A DNA stretch of 64,000 nt from a virus (Duplodnaviria; Caudoviricetes): the IMG/VR virus record IMGVR_UViG_3300032295_004079, positions 32,001-96,000 of that record, one strand, 5' to 3'. Each line of letters opens with the position of its first letter. Position 1 is the stretch's first letter. A model generated the notes under the pieces. That model was not told the origin of the DNA. It saw only the letters and a program-made list of their open reading frames with translations, and ran no database searches. Both the position numbers and the translations under genes were made by a program. Positions 9,436 through 17,618 of the stretch are shown here, piece after piece.

Positions 9436-10148
9436 AATATCTTTTAAGTATTCCATTCTTTTTCCTATCTACTACTTTGTTTGGACAAGTAATAGGAAAA
9501 ACCTCAACTGAAAGCTATCAAGCTGAATTTGAGAAATCTGCTTCTATATATTCTATTCCAGAATATAATGGTAAGCCTGTACCTGTTGCTTTATTAACAA
9601 TTGGTATAAGCGATGAAGTACTAGCTCAATACCCAGAATTAGGTGACTATAGAGTAGGATTAGGTCTAGCTAACATTGTAGTAGCATTTATGGACGAAAC
9701 TTTTAGATTTGAATTTGTAGAAACAAAGGATGAAATAAAGGATCGTATGATTGCTCAAATGAAAGCCTCAGACAAAGGTATTTCTGCAAATAAAATAGAG
9801 GTAAAAGGTAATATTGTACTAGCTAAATATTTAGGCTATGTTGAAGTATACGATTTCTCTATTTCCGAAGACGAAACTATAAACCTAAAAGATGGTGTAA
9901 AAAATACACTAGTAACTAGATTAGGCTTACAATTAAAGCTAGTAGATGCAGAAACTGGATTATATATGACTGGTTCAGGATTAGGTACCGCTACTACTAC
10001 TCGTGAATTAACTTTATTAAGTGATCAAAATTTAGAGGAAGTAGCATTTAACCAATCCTCTATTGGTACTTCTACCAAAAAAGCTCTAGAAACTGCAGTA
10101 GCAAAGGTTGTAAAAAGAATGATACAAAAGGGTGTGTTTGATCACTAA
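9429..10148 (+). CDS. CsgG/HfaB-family exported protein
   Basis: Signal peptide LFG|Q. Pattern GLGLANIVV...RFEFVE...LQLKLVDAETG...GSGLG...KKALETAV is typical of the CsgG-like fold. Confidence 0.65.
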   Translation: MVKYLLSIPFFFLSTTLFGQVIGKTSTESYQAEFEKSASIYSIPEYNGKPVPVALLTIGISDEVLAQYPELGDYRVGLGLANIVVAFMDETFRFEFVETKDEIKDRMIAQMKASDKGISANKIEVKGNIVLAKYLGYVEVYDFSISEDETINLKDGVKNTLVTRLGLQLKLVDAETGLYMTGSGLGTATTTRELTLLSDQNLEEVAFNQSSIGTSTKKALETAVAKVVKRMIQKGVFDH

Positions 10149-10152
10149 CCTA

Positions 10153-11421
10153 ATGAAATATTTTCTTTTTATATTACTACTATGGGGGAATGTGGTCTTG
10201 GCCCAATCCCCCATTATCATGCAAACATACACCGATAGATGTACGGGAGAAACATTTACATTCTCTGTACCCGCAAACGGGCAAACTGTAGTAATGTTTT
10301 ACAATAAATCACGTGTATTTACCGCAAATGATTTTACAAGTGGTGTGTTACGTGCCTGGCTAGAAGAAACATATACTTGGTGGAGAAACCTAAGTCCATG
10401 TTCTGCAGCTCAAACAACTACAACTGTAGCACAACAAACCGCTCAACAAGCAGCAAGTTCAGCTGCATCAGCAGCTACTAATATACCCACTCCTCCCTCA
10501 CCACCACCTTCAAATCCACCACCTAGTTCAGGATCTTCTTCTAGTAGCTCTTCTAGTTCAAGCAGCTCTTCTAGTTCTAGCAGTTCTTCTTCCCAAGAAA
10601 AAAGTGGAGGCGAAACAGAAAAAAGTGGTGGTAGTACCGAAGAAAAAAGTGGTGGATCTGAGGAAAGTAGTAGTTCCGAAGAAAGTAGTAGTGAATCTGA
10701 ATCTTCAGATAGTGAAGAAAGCTCTTCAGAAGAAAAAAAAGAGGAGAAAAAAGATGACAAGAAAAAATCCACAACTCCTCCTATAGTAGTTGCAAACGTA
10801 GCATCAATACAAGGTTTAGATGGTAAATGGGCTAGTGCTCTATCTTTGGGTGTAAGTAAGTCTTCTTTACTTGGAGACAAATCTTATGGGGTAAACAGTA
10901 TGATATGGTCCAATATGAAACAATTTTTGGTTGTTGGAAACTATTCAAAAACACATATAGTAAAAGGTGAAGTAGACATGATTAGTTCTACTACTGTAGG
11001 TGCAGCTAAAATGTATTCAACCTATTTATTTTCTATAGGCCACAGCAAAGTATTTCCAGGTAGAGATGGGTCTGTATTTGGATTTAACTTTGCCAATAAC
11101 ATGATGTCTATAGAATTAAGTCCTATAAAACGTGAATTATCTGGATCCTTTAATACAGTATTTTTTTATACTAAACCATTTAACTTTACTAGACTATCTA
11201 TAGCTCCATTAGCGGCTTTAGCCTCAAATTTGGTTACCTATAATTTTAGTACCCGAACTATGGATATGCCCCATTCACATATTTTATTAACCGGAAATAA
11301 TTTCAACTACGCTATAACACAAAGATTTGTAGCTAACTTAGGTATAATGGCTACTTCATCTTTATCTAATGAATTTCCAACCACCTACGCTGTAACTATT
11401 GGTTCTAGATTTCAATTTTGA
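10153..11421 (+). CDS. Predicted outer-membrane beta-barrel protein with Pro/Ser/Glu-rich stalk
   Basis: Signal peptide VLA|Q; low-complexity linker; C-terminal amphipathic strands ending IGSRFQF (terminal Phe, BAM-signal-like). Confidence 0.6.
   Translation: MKYFLFILLLWGNVVLAQSPIIMQTYTDRCTGETFTFSVPANGQTVVMFYNKSRVFTANDFTSGVLRAWLEETYTWWRNLSPCSAAQTTTTVAQQTAQQAASSAASAATNIPTPPSPPPSNPPPSSGSSSSSSSSSSSSSSSSSSSSQEKSGGETEKSGGSTEEKSGGSEESSSSEESSSESESSDSEESSSEEKKEEKKDDKKKSTTPPIVVANVASIQGLDGKWASALSLGVSKSSLLGDKSYGVNSMIWSNMKQFLVVGNYSKTHIVKGEVDMISSTTVGAAKMYSTYLFSIGHSKVFPGRDGSVFGFNFANNMMSIELSPIKRELSGSFNTVFFYTKPFNFTRLSIAPLAALASNLVTYNFSTRTMDMPHSHILLTGNNFNYAITQRFVANLGIMATSSLSNEFPTTYAVTIGSRFQF
10490..10765 (+). 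repeat. Low-complexity coding repeats (poly-Pro, poly-Ser, 3x EKSGG)
   Basis: Repeated TCTTCTAGT units and three GAAAAAAGTGG copies inside the beta-barrel gene. Confidence 0.8.
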
Positions 11422-11466
11422 TATGTATAATAGATAAAATAATGTTTTACTCAAATATGTTGTGCC

Positions 11467-11736
11467 ATGTTTAACTATTTAAAAAATAAATGGATGGCTT
11501 TCAAGGACATTTTTAAAGACAACAACTCTTACAACGAAAAAAACATCGTAGGATTTGGATCATTTGCGGTAATGGCAGTATTTGCGGCCGCAGACATTGT
11601 AACTGGTATATTAGGTATGCCGTTAGAAATTACCGATATCATTTTCAACTCATTTGTAATCATTACATTGGGTTCTTTTGGTATTGATGGAGTAACTAAA
11701 ATCTTTAGTAAAGACAAAAAAGAAGAAGAACTATGA
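11467..11736 (+). CDS. Putative holin (two TM)
   Basis: Two TM helices and a charged C-terminus; overlaps the endolysin start. Confidence 0.5.
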   Translation: MFNYLKNKWMAFKDIFKDNNSYNEKNIVGFGSFAVMAVFAAADIVTGILGMPLEITDIIFNSFVIITLGSFGIDGVTKIFSKDKKEEEL

Positions 11737-12347
11737 GCTTAAAATCCTTACAAGCTAAAATTGGAGTTGCTGCAGACGGTGCATTTGGACCTGGTACTTT
11801 AAAAGCAGCTATGGCGTATTACAAAATGACTCCTGAAAGAGCAGCACATTTCTTTGCTCAAACTGCTCACGAAAGTGGAAACTTTAAGGCATTTGCCGAA
11901 AACTTAAACTATGGTGCTTCAGGTTTAACTACTACTTTCAAGAAGTATTTCCCAACTACAGAAAAAGCATTACTTTATGAGCGCAAGCCTGAAAAAATTG
12001 CTAACCTAGTTTATGGTAACCGTATGGGAAATGGAGATGAAGCATCAGGTGATGGATTCAAATTCAGAGGTAGAGGTGCTCTACAATTGACTGGTAAAGA
12101 TAACTACAAAGTATTCTCTGAATACTTGAAAAAACCAGAAATCATGACTAATCCTGATTTAGTAGCAACTGAGTATGCTTTCGAATCTGCAATTTTCTTC
12201 TTTGACAGAAACAAGCTATGGGACATCTGCGATAAAGGTGTAAACAAAGACACAATCTTAGCTCTCACTAAGAGAATCAACGGTGGAACTCACGGATTAG
12301 CTGATAGAGAAGAAAAAACACTTAAGTATTACGGCTTCCTAAAATAA
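11733..12347 (+). CDS. Endolysin, glycoside hydrolase family 19 with short N-terminal PG-binding motif
   Basis: ADGAFGPGT; HFFAQTAHESG; FRGRGALQLTGKDNY; INGGTHGLADR. Confidence 0.9.
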   Translation: MSLKSLQAKIGVAADGAFGPGTLKAAMAYYKMTPERAAHFFAQTAHESGNFKAFAENLNYGASGLTTTFKKYFPTTEKALLYERKPEKIANLVYGNRMGNGDEASGDGFKFRGRGALQLTGKDNYKVFSEYLKKPEIMTNPDLVATEYAFESAIFFFDRNKLWDICDKGVNKDTILALTKRINGGTHGLADREEKTLKYYGFLK

Positions 12348-12356
12348 TATTTTAGA

Positions 12357-12776
12357 ATGAAATCCAGCTTAAGTTTAATTGTATCTTCTATTAGCATGAC
12401 TACAGCTTTTGTATGCTCATATTTTATGGAAATTACAATGCAAAACGCCGAACAATATTTAGCTATTACAGCTCTAATATTTGCTGATGGATTTTTTGGA
12501 GTAATTGCGGGAGTAAAGAGAGAGGGATTCAAAACTTACAAAGCAGTTAAAATATTAAAAAATTTATTATTTTGGATTATATTTTTAACTGTAATACTAG
12601 GAATTGAAGCTAATTTTAGTGGAACATTTTGGTTAAGTGAAACTATAATTACCCCTCTAATCATATTTCAGCTAATAAGTGCTTTAAAGAACGCATCAAT
12701 GGCAGGGTTTGTTAAAATAGATGAATTAAACAAGATACTGGATAAAATAGATAAACATAAAGGGGAGCGATCCTAA
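12357..12776 (+). CDS. Phage holin family protein
   Basis: Three to four TM helices; DGFFGV..GVK and QLISALKNASMAG pattern; follows the endolysin. Confidence 0.65.
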   Translation: MKSSLSLIVSSISMTTAFVCSYFMEITMQNAEQYLAITALIFADGFFGVIAGVKREGFKTYKAVKILKNLLFWIIFLTVILGIEANFSGTFWLSETIITPLIIFQLISALKNASMAGFVKIDELNKILDKIDKHKGERS

Positions 12777-12786
12777 AAAAATAAGG

Positions 12787-12817
12787 TTGGATTTTATCCA
12801 ACCTTATTTTATATTTA
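12787..12817 (+). promoter_or_regulatory. Bacteroidota-type promoter TTGG-N19-TAtaTTTA inside a terminator-like hairpin
   Basis: TTGG 12787-90, TATATTTA 12810-17; inverted repeat ATAAGGTTGGA/TCCAACCTTAT. Confidence 0.6.
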
Positions 12818-12822
12818 TGACT

Positions 12823-13839
12823 ATGTTAAAAAATCTAAAACAAAGTATATTTCCATTTATTATAGCATTTTCTGCACTATCTGTTAGTGCTTCTGCTGCT
12901 TTCTATTCTATAAGTGGGTTAAGCAAACTATTTGCAGGGGCTTCATTTGAAGTAGTAATCATGGCTAGTTCTTTAGAAATATCTAAACTAGTAATTGCCT
13001 CTTTACTGTATCAATATTGGAATACTATAAATAAAGTATTACGTACCTATCTAATGGTAGCCACAGTAATATTAATTCTTATCACCTCTATGGGTATTTA
13101 TGGTTTTTTATCTGCTGCTTATCAAGAAACAGTTAATAAAGCGGGCAATATAGATGCCCAAATATCTTTGGTAGAAGTCAAGCGAGATAACATTAAAGAA
13201 CAACTTACAGTATACACGCTCGAAAAAGAAAATATCACTAAAGCCATTGCCGATCTACGGGCAGGACTAGCTAATAACATTATACAATACAAAGACAAGG
13301 ATGGTAATATGGTCACCTCTACCTCTTCAGCTACACGCAATGCTTTAGAAAAACAATTAGATCAAGCAGTAAGCAGACAAACTGACGTTAATCTTAAGGT
13401 TGATGAACTAAACACTCAACTCTTTGAATACGAAACCCAAATTGTAGAAATTAAAACTGGAAGTGATCTGGCTGGAGAACTAGGACCTTTAAAATACCTT
13501 TCAGGTCTTACGGGTGTAGCTATGGATAAAATAATAAATGTACTACTTTTAGTTATTATATTTGTGTTTGACCCACTAGCAATTTCTCTAGTAATAGCTG
13601 CTAACTTTGCATTTGCTCAAATAAATCCCATAAAAGAAGAACAACAGTACGATCCATTAGATTTAAATAAAGATGGGATTGTAGATGAAAATGAAGCTTT
13701 AGCTGCTAAAAAGCAAATAGAAGAAATTGAAACTAGAATGCAAAATCCACTATCAGGTTGGAGATTAAAAAAATTAATGAATCAAATTAGTTCCTTAAAA
13801 TCTAAAATTGGAGAAGAAGACGAAATAAAAACATACTAA
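12823..13839 (+). CDS. Membrane protein with long coiled coil and C-terminal EF-hand-like loop
   Basis: Three N-terminal TMs, coiled coil, a fourth TM, then DLNKDGIVDENE. Confidence 0.7.
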   Translation: MLKNLKQSIFPFIIAFSALSVSASAAFYSISGLSKLFAGASFEVVIMASSLEISKLVIASLLYQYWNTINKVLRTYLMVATVILILITSMGIYGFLSAAYQETVNKAGNIDAQISLVEVKRDNIKEQLTVYTLEKENITKAIADLRAGLANNIIQYKDKDGNMVTSTSSATRNALEKQLDQAVSRQTDVNLKVDELNTQLFEYETQIVEIKTGSDLAGELGPLKYLSGLTGVAMDKIINVLLLVIIFVFDPLAISLVIAANFAFAQINPIKEEQQYDPLDLNKDGIVDENEALAAKKQIEEIETRMQNPLSGWRLKKLMNQISSLKSKIGEEDEIKTY

Positions 13840-13842
13840 AGC

Positions 13843-13873
13843 TTGGCTTCCCTAAATATAGTTTGTACATTTA
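13843..13873 (+). promoter_or_regulatory. Promoter TTGG-N19-TAcaTTTA
   Basis: TTGG 13843-46, TACATTTA 13866-73; intergenic. Confidence 0.7.
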
Positions 13874-13888
13874 TATCAAATAAAAGTT

Positions 13889-14392
13889 ATGATTTACTCT
13901 CCGACATTTCCAAAACCGTACATTCAAGAAAAGCTTTCCAAGCTTCGCAAACTAAAATACAACCAATTTAGATGGTGGAGAATGTACGACAATCCTGTTT
14001 TACCTTTGCCAAATAAGGCACCATTGATTGATAAAATCTTGAATGGTGATTTTGATTACCCACACTATAAACTCCAGGCTGAACTAGTAGAACACGAGCT
14101 AAACGAATTAGCTCAAAAGTGTGGGGGCAACAATGAAAAATTTGGAGAAAAAAGTGCGCTATTACGTGCTAAAAGAAAAAGATTGCTTGATGACTTTGAA
14201 AAAGAAGAAAATGATAAGCTAGATAGAATATTTAAAGAGTTTATTAAAAACTTTGCTTTAACCAAAGAACAAATTGAGGAAGAAATGCTAAGATTTGTTG
14301 GTAATTTAGGAGAATTTTATTATTATATGGGAGTTAGATACCAAAAAGTACAAAACCCAAACAGACGCGGACGTAAAAAGAAAAATATATGA
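13889..14392 (+). CDS. Hypothetical protein
   Basis: 167-aa ORF behind a promoter; AAGTTATG start context. Confidence 0.7.
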   Translation: MIYSPTFPKPYIQEKLSKLRKLKYNQFRWWRMYDNPVLPLPNKAPLIDKILNGDFDYPHYKLQAELVEHELNELAQKCGGNNEKFGEKSALLRAKRKRLLDDFEKEENDKLDRIFKEFIKNFALTKEQIEEEMLRFVGNLGEFYYYMGVRYQKVQNPNRRGRKKKNI

Positions 14393-15177
14393 TCAAAGTT
14401 TCACACGAAGTACCTAGATGTTTATTAAAAGCATCCCTTGAATTTAATGATTACCAGTATTGTCTACCCCATTTGCTAGATCAGGATACAGCTTATAGAA
14501 AGCACTTCTATGATTTTAAAAAATCAGGTGGGTATATTATAATGGACAATTCGTTACATGAACTAGGAGAGGCATATGACCACGAACGTTTAATGTTCTG
14601 GGTAAATGAGCTTGAACCTGATGAATTTATTGTACCTGATGCTTGGATGGATATTGATACTACTCTTAAAAATGCTGAAGAGTGGATTAAACTTAAATAC
14701 CCTTCAAACACTACACCAGTAGCAGTAGTACAAAGTAGAAGTTTTAAAGATGCAGAAGAATGTTATCTTACGTTAAAAAAACTAGGATATAAAAAAATCG
14801 CATTCTCGTATGGAGCGGATTGGTACATGGATAAATTCCACGGTATTCACGTAGATAAAGCAAAAATGCTAGGCCGAATATCAGCTGTAAAGCAAATGTT
14901 CCATAATGGTACTATCCAGAAAAATGATAGAGTACACCTCCTAGGATGTTCTTTACCACAAGAATTTGGATGGTACGAAAATTGTTCGTACATTGAGTCA
15001 ATCGATACTTCAAATCCAATTATGGCTGCTTTAGAAGGTATTAGGTATGATGAGTTTGGTTTGGTAACAAAACCAAAGGCAAACATGAACGATTATTTTA
15101 ACATTGATGTTAAAAATGTAAATTTAAAATTAGTATTATACAACGTAGAAACATTTAAAAAAATTAACGAGTTATGA
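14389..15177 (+). CDS. TGT/DpdA-like transglycosylase-fold protein
   Basis: Motif order IMDNS, IVPD, VAVVQ, IAFSYG, VHLLG, SIDTS mirrors TGT-family barrels; lies near queC. Confidence 0.6.
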   Translation: MIKVSHEVPRCLLKASLEFNDYQYCLPHLLDQDTAYRKHFYDFKKSGGYIIMDNSLHELGEAYDHERLMFWVNELEPDEFIVPDAWMDIDTTLKNAEEWIKLKYPSNTTPVAVVQSRSFKDAEECYLTLKKLGYKKIAFSYGADWYMDKFHGIHVDKAKMLGRISAVKQMFHNGTIQKNDRVHLLGCSLPQEFGWYENCSYIESIDTSNPIMAALEGIRYDEFGLVTKPKANMNDYFNIDVKNVNLKLVLYNVETFKKINEL

Positions 15178-15371
15178 TTTCACTATATGATTATTTAGGA
15201 AAAGCCGCAGGTAGAGAACTTGGGGGAAAAGTTTGGCAATATTCTCTTATTAGAGGAGTAGTTTCTGGATTTAGAACAATAGAAAATCCAATGTACAAAG
15301 GAATAGTTGCCTTGTATCCTAAAGAGTTTTTGGATGAGTTTTTTCTAGTGCAAAAAATATTTGATAAATAA
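15174..15371 (+). CDS. Hypothetical protein
   Basis: 65-aa coupled ORF (SLYDYLGKAAG...YPKEFL). Confidence 0.6.
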   Translation: MISLYDYLGKAAGRELGGKVWQYSLIRGVVSGFRTIENPMYKGIVALYPKEFLDEFFLVQKIFDK

Positions 15372-15372
15372 T

Positions 15373-15549
15373 ATGGGACTGTACTTAAAAGGTGCTTTAG
15401 ACATGGGAGTTAAATTCCCATCCAACCTAAACGAAGGTATCACTTCTAGTCAAGAAGATTTGAAGGAAATGCTTGCTAAAGTTTGGAACAACCAAAATAA
15501 CTTGACAAAAGAGGATATTAAAACTCTAGAGTATTTATCTAAAAAATAA
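15373..15549 (+). CDS. Hypothetical protein
   Basis: Short ORF directly after the previous stop. Confidence 0.5.
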   Translation: MGLYLKGALDMGVKFPSNLNEGITSSQEDLKEMLAKVWNNQNNLTKEDIKTLEYLSKK

Positions 15550-15601
15550 CGTTTGCCTATACGTTTAAAATACCTGGTAAAATTAAAAATTATACAAACA
15601 A

Positions 15602-16474
15602 ATGAAAAGCGTAGTAGTATCACTAAGCGGAGGAATGGATTCCTCAACATTATTATTAAGAGCATTATCTGAATATGATAACGTAATTGCAGTATCTTTT
15701 GACTATGGTCAGAAACATAGGGTGGAGCTTGAACGAGCTCAAGAGTTAATAAATTATTTAAATACTTGTGTAAATTGCTCATCATTTGAACCTATCAAAA
15801 TCATTTACCAAATAATTAAACTTGATGGTTTAACTCCACTACTTAACTCTGCTCTTGTAACTGGTGGAGCGGAAGTGCCAGAAGGCCATTACGAGCAAGA
15901 TAACATGAAAGCTACAGTTGTTCCTAACCGTAACAAAATCTTTAGCTCAATTGTACAAGCTATTGCTTTGTCTACTGCTAACCAAAACGAATCTACTTGC
16001 GATATTGCACTAGGTATTCACGCAGGAGACCATGCAATTTATCCAGACTGTAGACAAGAATGGAGAGATGCAGACGATCAAGCATTTAGAGTTGGAAATT
16101 GGGATGTTGGAAGAGTTGGACACTTTACACCTTACCTACACACAGACAAATTTGGTATCTTACAAGATGGAGAACGATTGTGTAAGAAATTAGGTTTGCC
16201 CTTTGACGAGATTTACTCAAGAACAAACACATCTTACAAACCAATTCAACACCTAGTAGAAAAGAAAATTAGTGTATTGGCTAATCTTTCCGAGATGCAA
16301 CAAATTCCAGTATGGTTTAGCGACTATAAAAGTGCAAGTAGCGTGGAGAGGATAGAAGCCTTTATTAAATTAGGTAAACCTGATCCAGTTGCTTATGCAG
16401 ACGAAACCGGACCTGTAAGTTGGGAAGTAGCTAAAGCCCATGTAGAGCAAATATTAGCTCAACATCAAGCTTAA
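15602..16474 (+). CDS. queC: 7-cyano-7-deazaguanine synthase
   Basis: SLSGGMDSST, FDYGQKH, VPNRN, YPDCR. Confidence 0.93.
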   Translation: MKSVVVSLSGGMDSSTLLLRALSEYDNVIAVSFDYGQKHRVELERAQELINYLNTCVNCSSFEPIKIIYQIIKLDGLTPLLNSALVTGGAEVPEGHYEQDNMKATVVPNRNKIFSSIVQAIALSTANQNESTCDIALGIHAGDHAIYPDCRQEWRDADDQAFRVGNWDVGRVGHFTPYLHTDKFGILQDGERLCKKLGLPFDEIYSRTNTSYKPIQHLVEKKISVLANLSEMQQIPVWFSDYKSASSVERIEAFIKLGKPDPVAYADETGPVSWEVAKAHVEQILAQHQA

Positions 16475-16486
16475 GCTATTGATGAT

Positions 16487-16557
16487 TGTCCTATGGTGTA
16501 ACGGTAGCACAAGTGGTTTTGGTCCACTTAGACGAGGTTCGAATCCTTGTAGGATAA
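16487..16557 (+). tRNA. tRNA-Gln(TTG)
   Basis: Cloverleaf; anticodon arm AGTGG-TT-TTG-GT-CCACT; T-loop GTTCGAATC. Confidence 0.9.
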
Positions 16558-16562
16558 CATAC

Positions 16563-16636
16563 GGGCCTTTAGCTCATTCGGTTAGAGCAGAACACTCATA
16601 ATGTTAAGGTGGCAGGTTCGATTCCTGCAAGGCCCA
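16563..16636 (+). tRNA. tRNA with CAT anticodon (probably Ile2/lysidine type, otherwise Met)
   Basis: GGGCCTT/AAGGCCC acceptor stem; loop CT-CAT-AA; lacks the initiator GGG/CCC anticodon stem. Confidence 0.85.
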
Positions 16637-16665
16637 CAAAAAATAAATTTATAAACTAAAAAAAT

Positions 16666-16890
16666 ATGGAAATAGTATATTTTACCTTAGGTGCCGCTAC
16701 AGTTTTATTAGTAATTGGAGTTGCAATTATGATTAGGATAGGTATTCTAGTAAGAACATTACAAGAAGATCTAAGAGATCATGAAAGAGGAACTCATGAT
16801 GTGGCAGTTGATTTACATCGTAGAATTGATAATGAATTAAGAGATTTACAATCTCAATTAGATTCAAGATTGAGTAAACTTGAAGATTAA
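16666..16890 (+). CDS. Small membrane protein with coiled coil
   Basis: N-terminal TM, heptad-rich tail. Confidence 0.65.
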   Translation: MEIVYFTLGAATVLLVIGVAIMIRIGILVRTLQEDLRDHERGTHDVAVDLHRRIDNELRDLQSQLDSRLSKLED

Positions 16891-16912
16891 AATAGTTCTT
16901 TGATATGTATAT

Positions 16913-17067
16913 TGTAGAGTGTTGAAATTGGCAGACATGCCCACCTGTCTCGTGGGCGGGGGTAACGAAATAAAGTAAGGATATTGGGGTAGACCACCGG
17001 CTTGCAAGCGCTATTTGTCCTTTACCTAATTGCCCCGTGGATGGTTCGAATCCTCCCTCTACAGCCA
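16913..17067 (+). ncRNA. tRNA-like RNA (GTC/Asp anticodon) with ~80-nt structured variable region
   Basis: Acceptor TGTAGAG/CTCTACA + G + CCA; class-II-like D loop; anticodon stem GCCCAC/GTGGGC with loop CT-GTC-TC; T loop GGTTCGAATCC; 155 nt in total. Confidence 0.75.
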
Positions 17068-17071
17068 TTAT

Positions 17072-17145
17072 TCCTCCTTAGCTCAGCTGGTTAGAGCACA
17101 TGACTGTTAATCATGGGGTCCTTGGTTCGAGCCCAAGAGGAGGAG
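17072..17145 (+). tRNA. tRNA-Asn(GTT)
   Basis: TCCTCCT/AGGAGGA acceptor; CATGA-CT-GTT-AA-TCATG. Confidence 0.92.
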
Positions 17146-17150
17146 CACCA

Positions 17151-17222
17151 GCTCCTAAAGCATTGCTGGCGATGCGCATGACTTGTAATCATGATAACTT
17201 GGTTCGATTCCGAGTGGGAGCT
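17151..17222 (+). tRNA. tRNA-Thr(TGT)
   Basis: GCTCCTA/TGGGAGC acceptor; CATGA-CT-TGT-AA-TCATG; GGTTCGATTCC. Confidence 0.88.
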
Positions 17223-17228
17223 CAACAG

Positions 17229-17427
17229 TACCTCGATACTTCTCATAAGAACAGTTCTGAGGTCTTATTGTGATATAAGTGAATAGCCCAAGGCATAAGC
17301 TAGAATCACACCCCTAACCACTATTCAAATGACGATTTGATTATGTTAGGGTTTTAACAACACCCTATGACGAAGGAACTCAATTGAGAACTAGAAGTAA
17401 GGGCACTATGCACATAGGGTGTTTTTT
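17229..17427 (+). ncRNA. Candidate structured ncRNA (four stem-loops, possible long-range pairing)
   Basis: Stems ACCTC/GAGGT, TGTGAT/ATCACA, CCCTAAC/GTTAGGG, AACACCCTATG/CATAGGGTGTT; no credible ORF. Confidence 0.45.
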
Positions 17428-17433
17428 ATATTT

Positions 17434-17505
17434 GCTCGGTTCGTCTAGGGGTTAGGACGTATCCCTTTCACGGATAAAACACGGGTTCGATTCCCGTATC
17501 GAGTA
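17434..17505 (+). tRNA. tRNA-Glu(TTC)
   Basis: GCTCGGT/ATCGAGT acceptor; TATCC-CT-TTC-AC-GGATA. Confidence 0.9.
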
Positions 17506-17507
17506 CA

Positions 17508-17618
17508 AGATTGTAACGATTCGAAAGAATGACGGAACGGACGCTATGAATGAAATGGTAATCTTTGAAACTGTAGAAAGGAGTATAAGAGAAACAAACC
17601 GTACAGACGTTACAATCT
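17508..17618 (+). ncRNA. Candidate ~110-nt ncRNA closed by an 11-bp stem
   Basis: AGATTGTAACG/CGTTACAATCT perfect pairing; internal ATTC-GAAA-GAAT GNRA hairpin. Confidence 0.45.
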
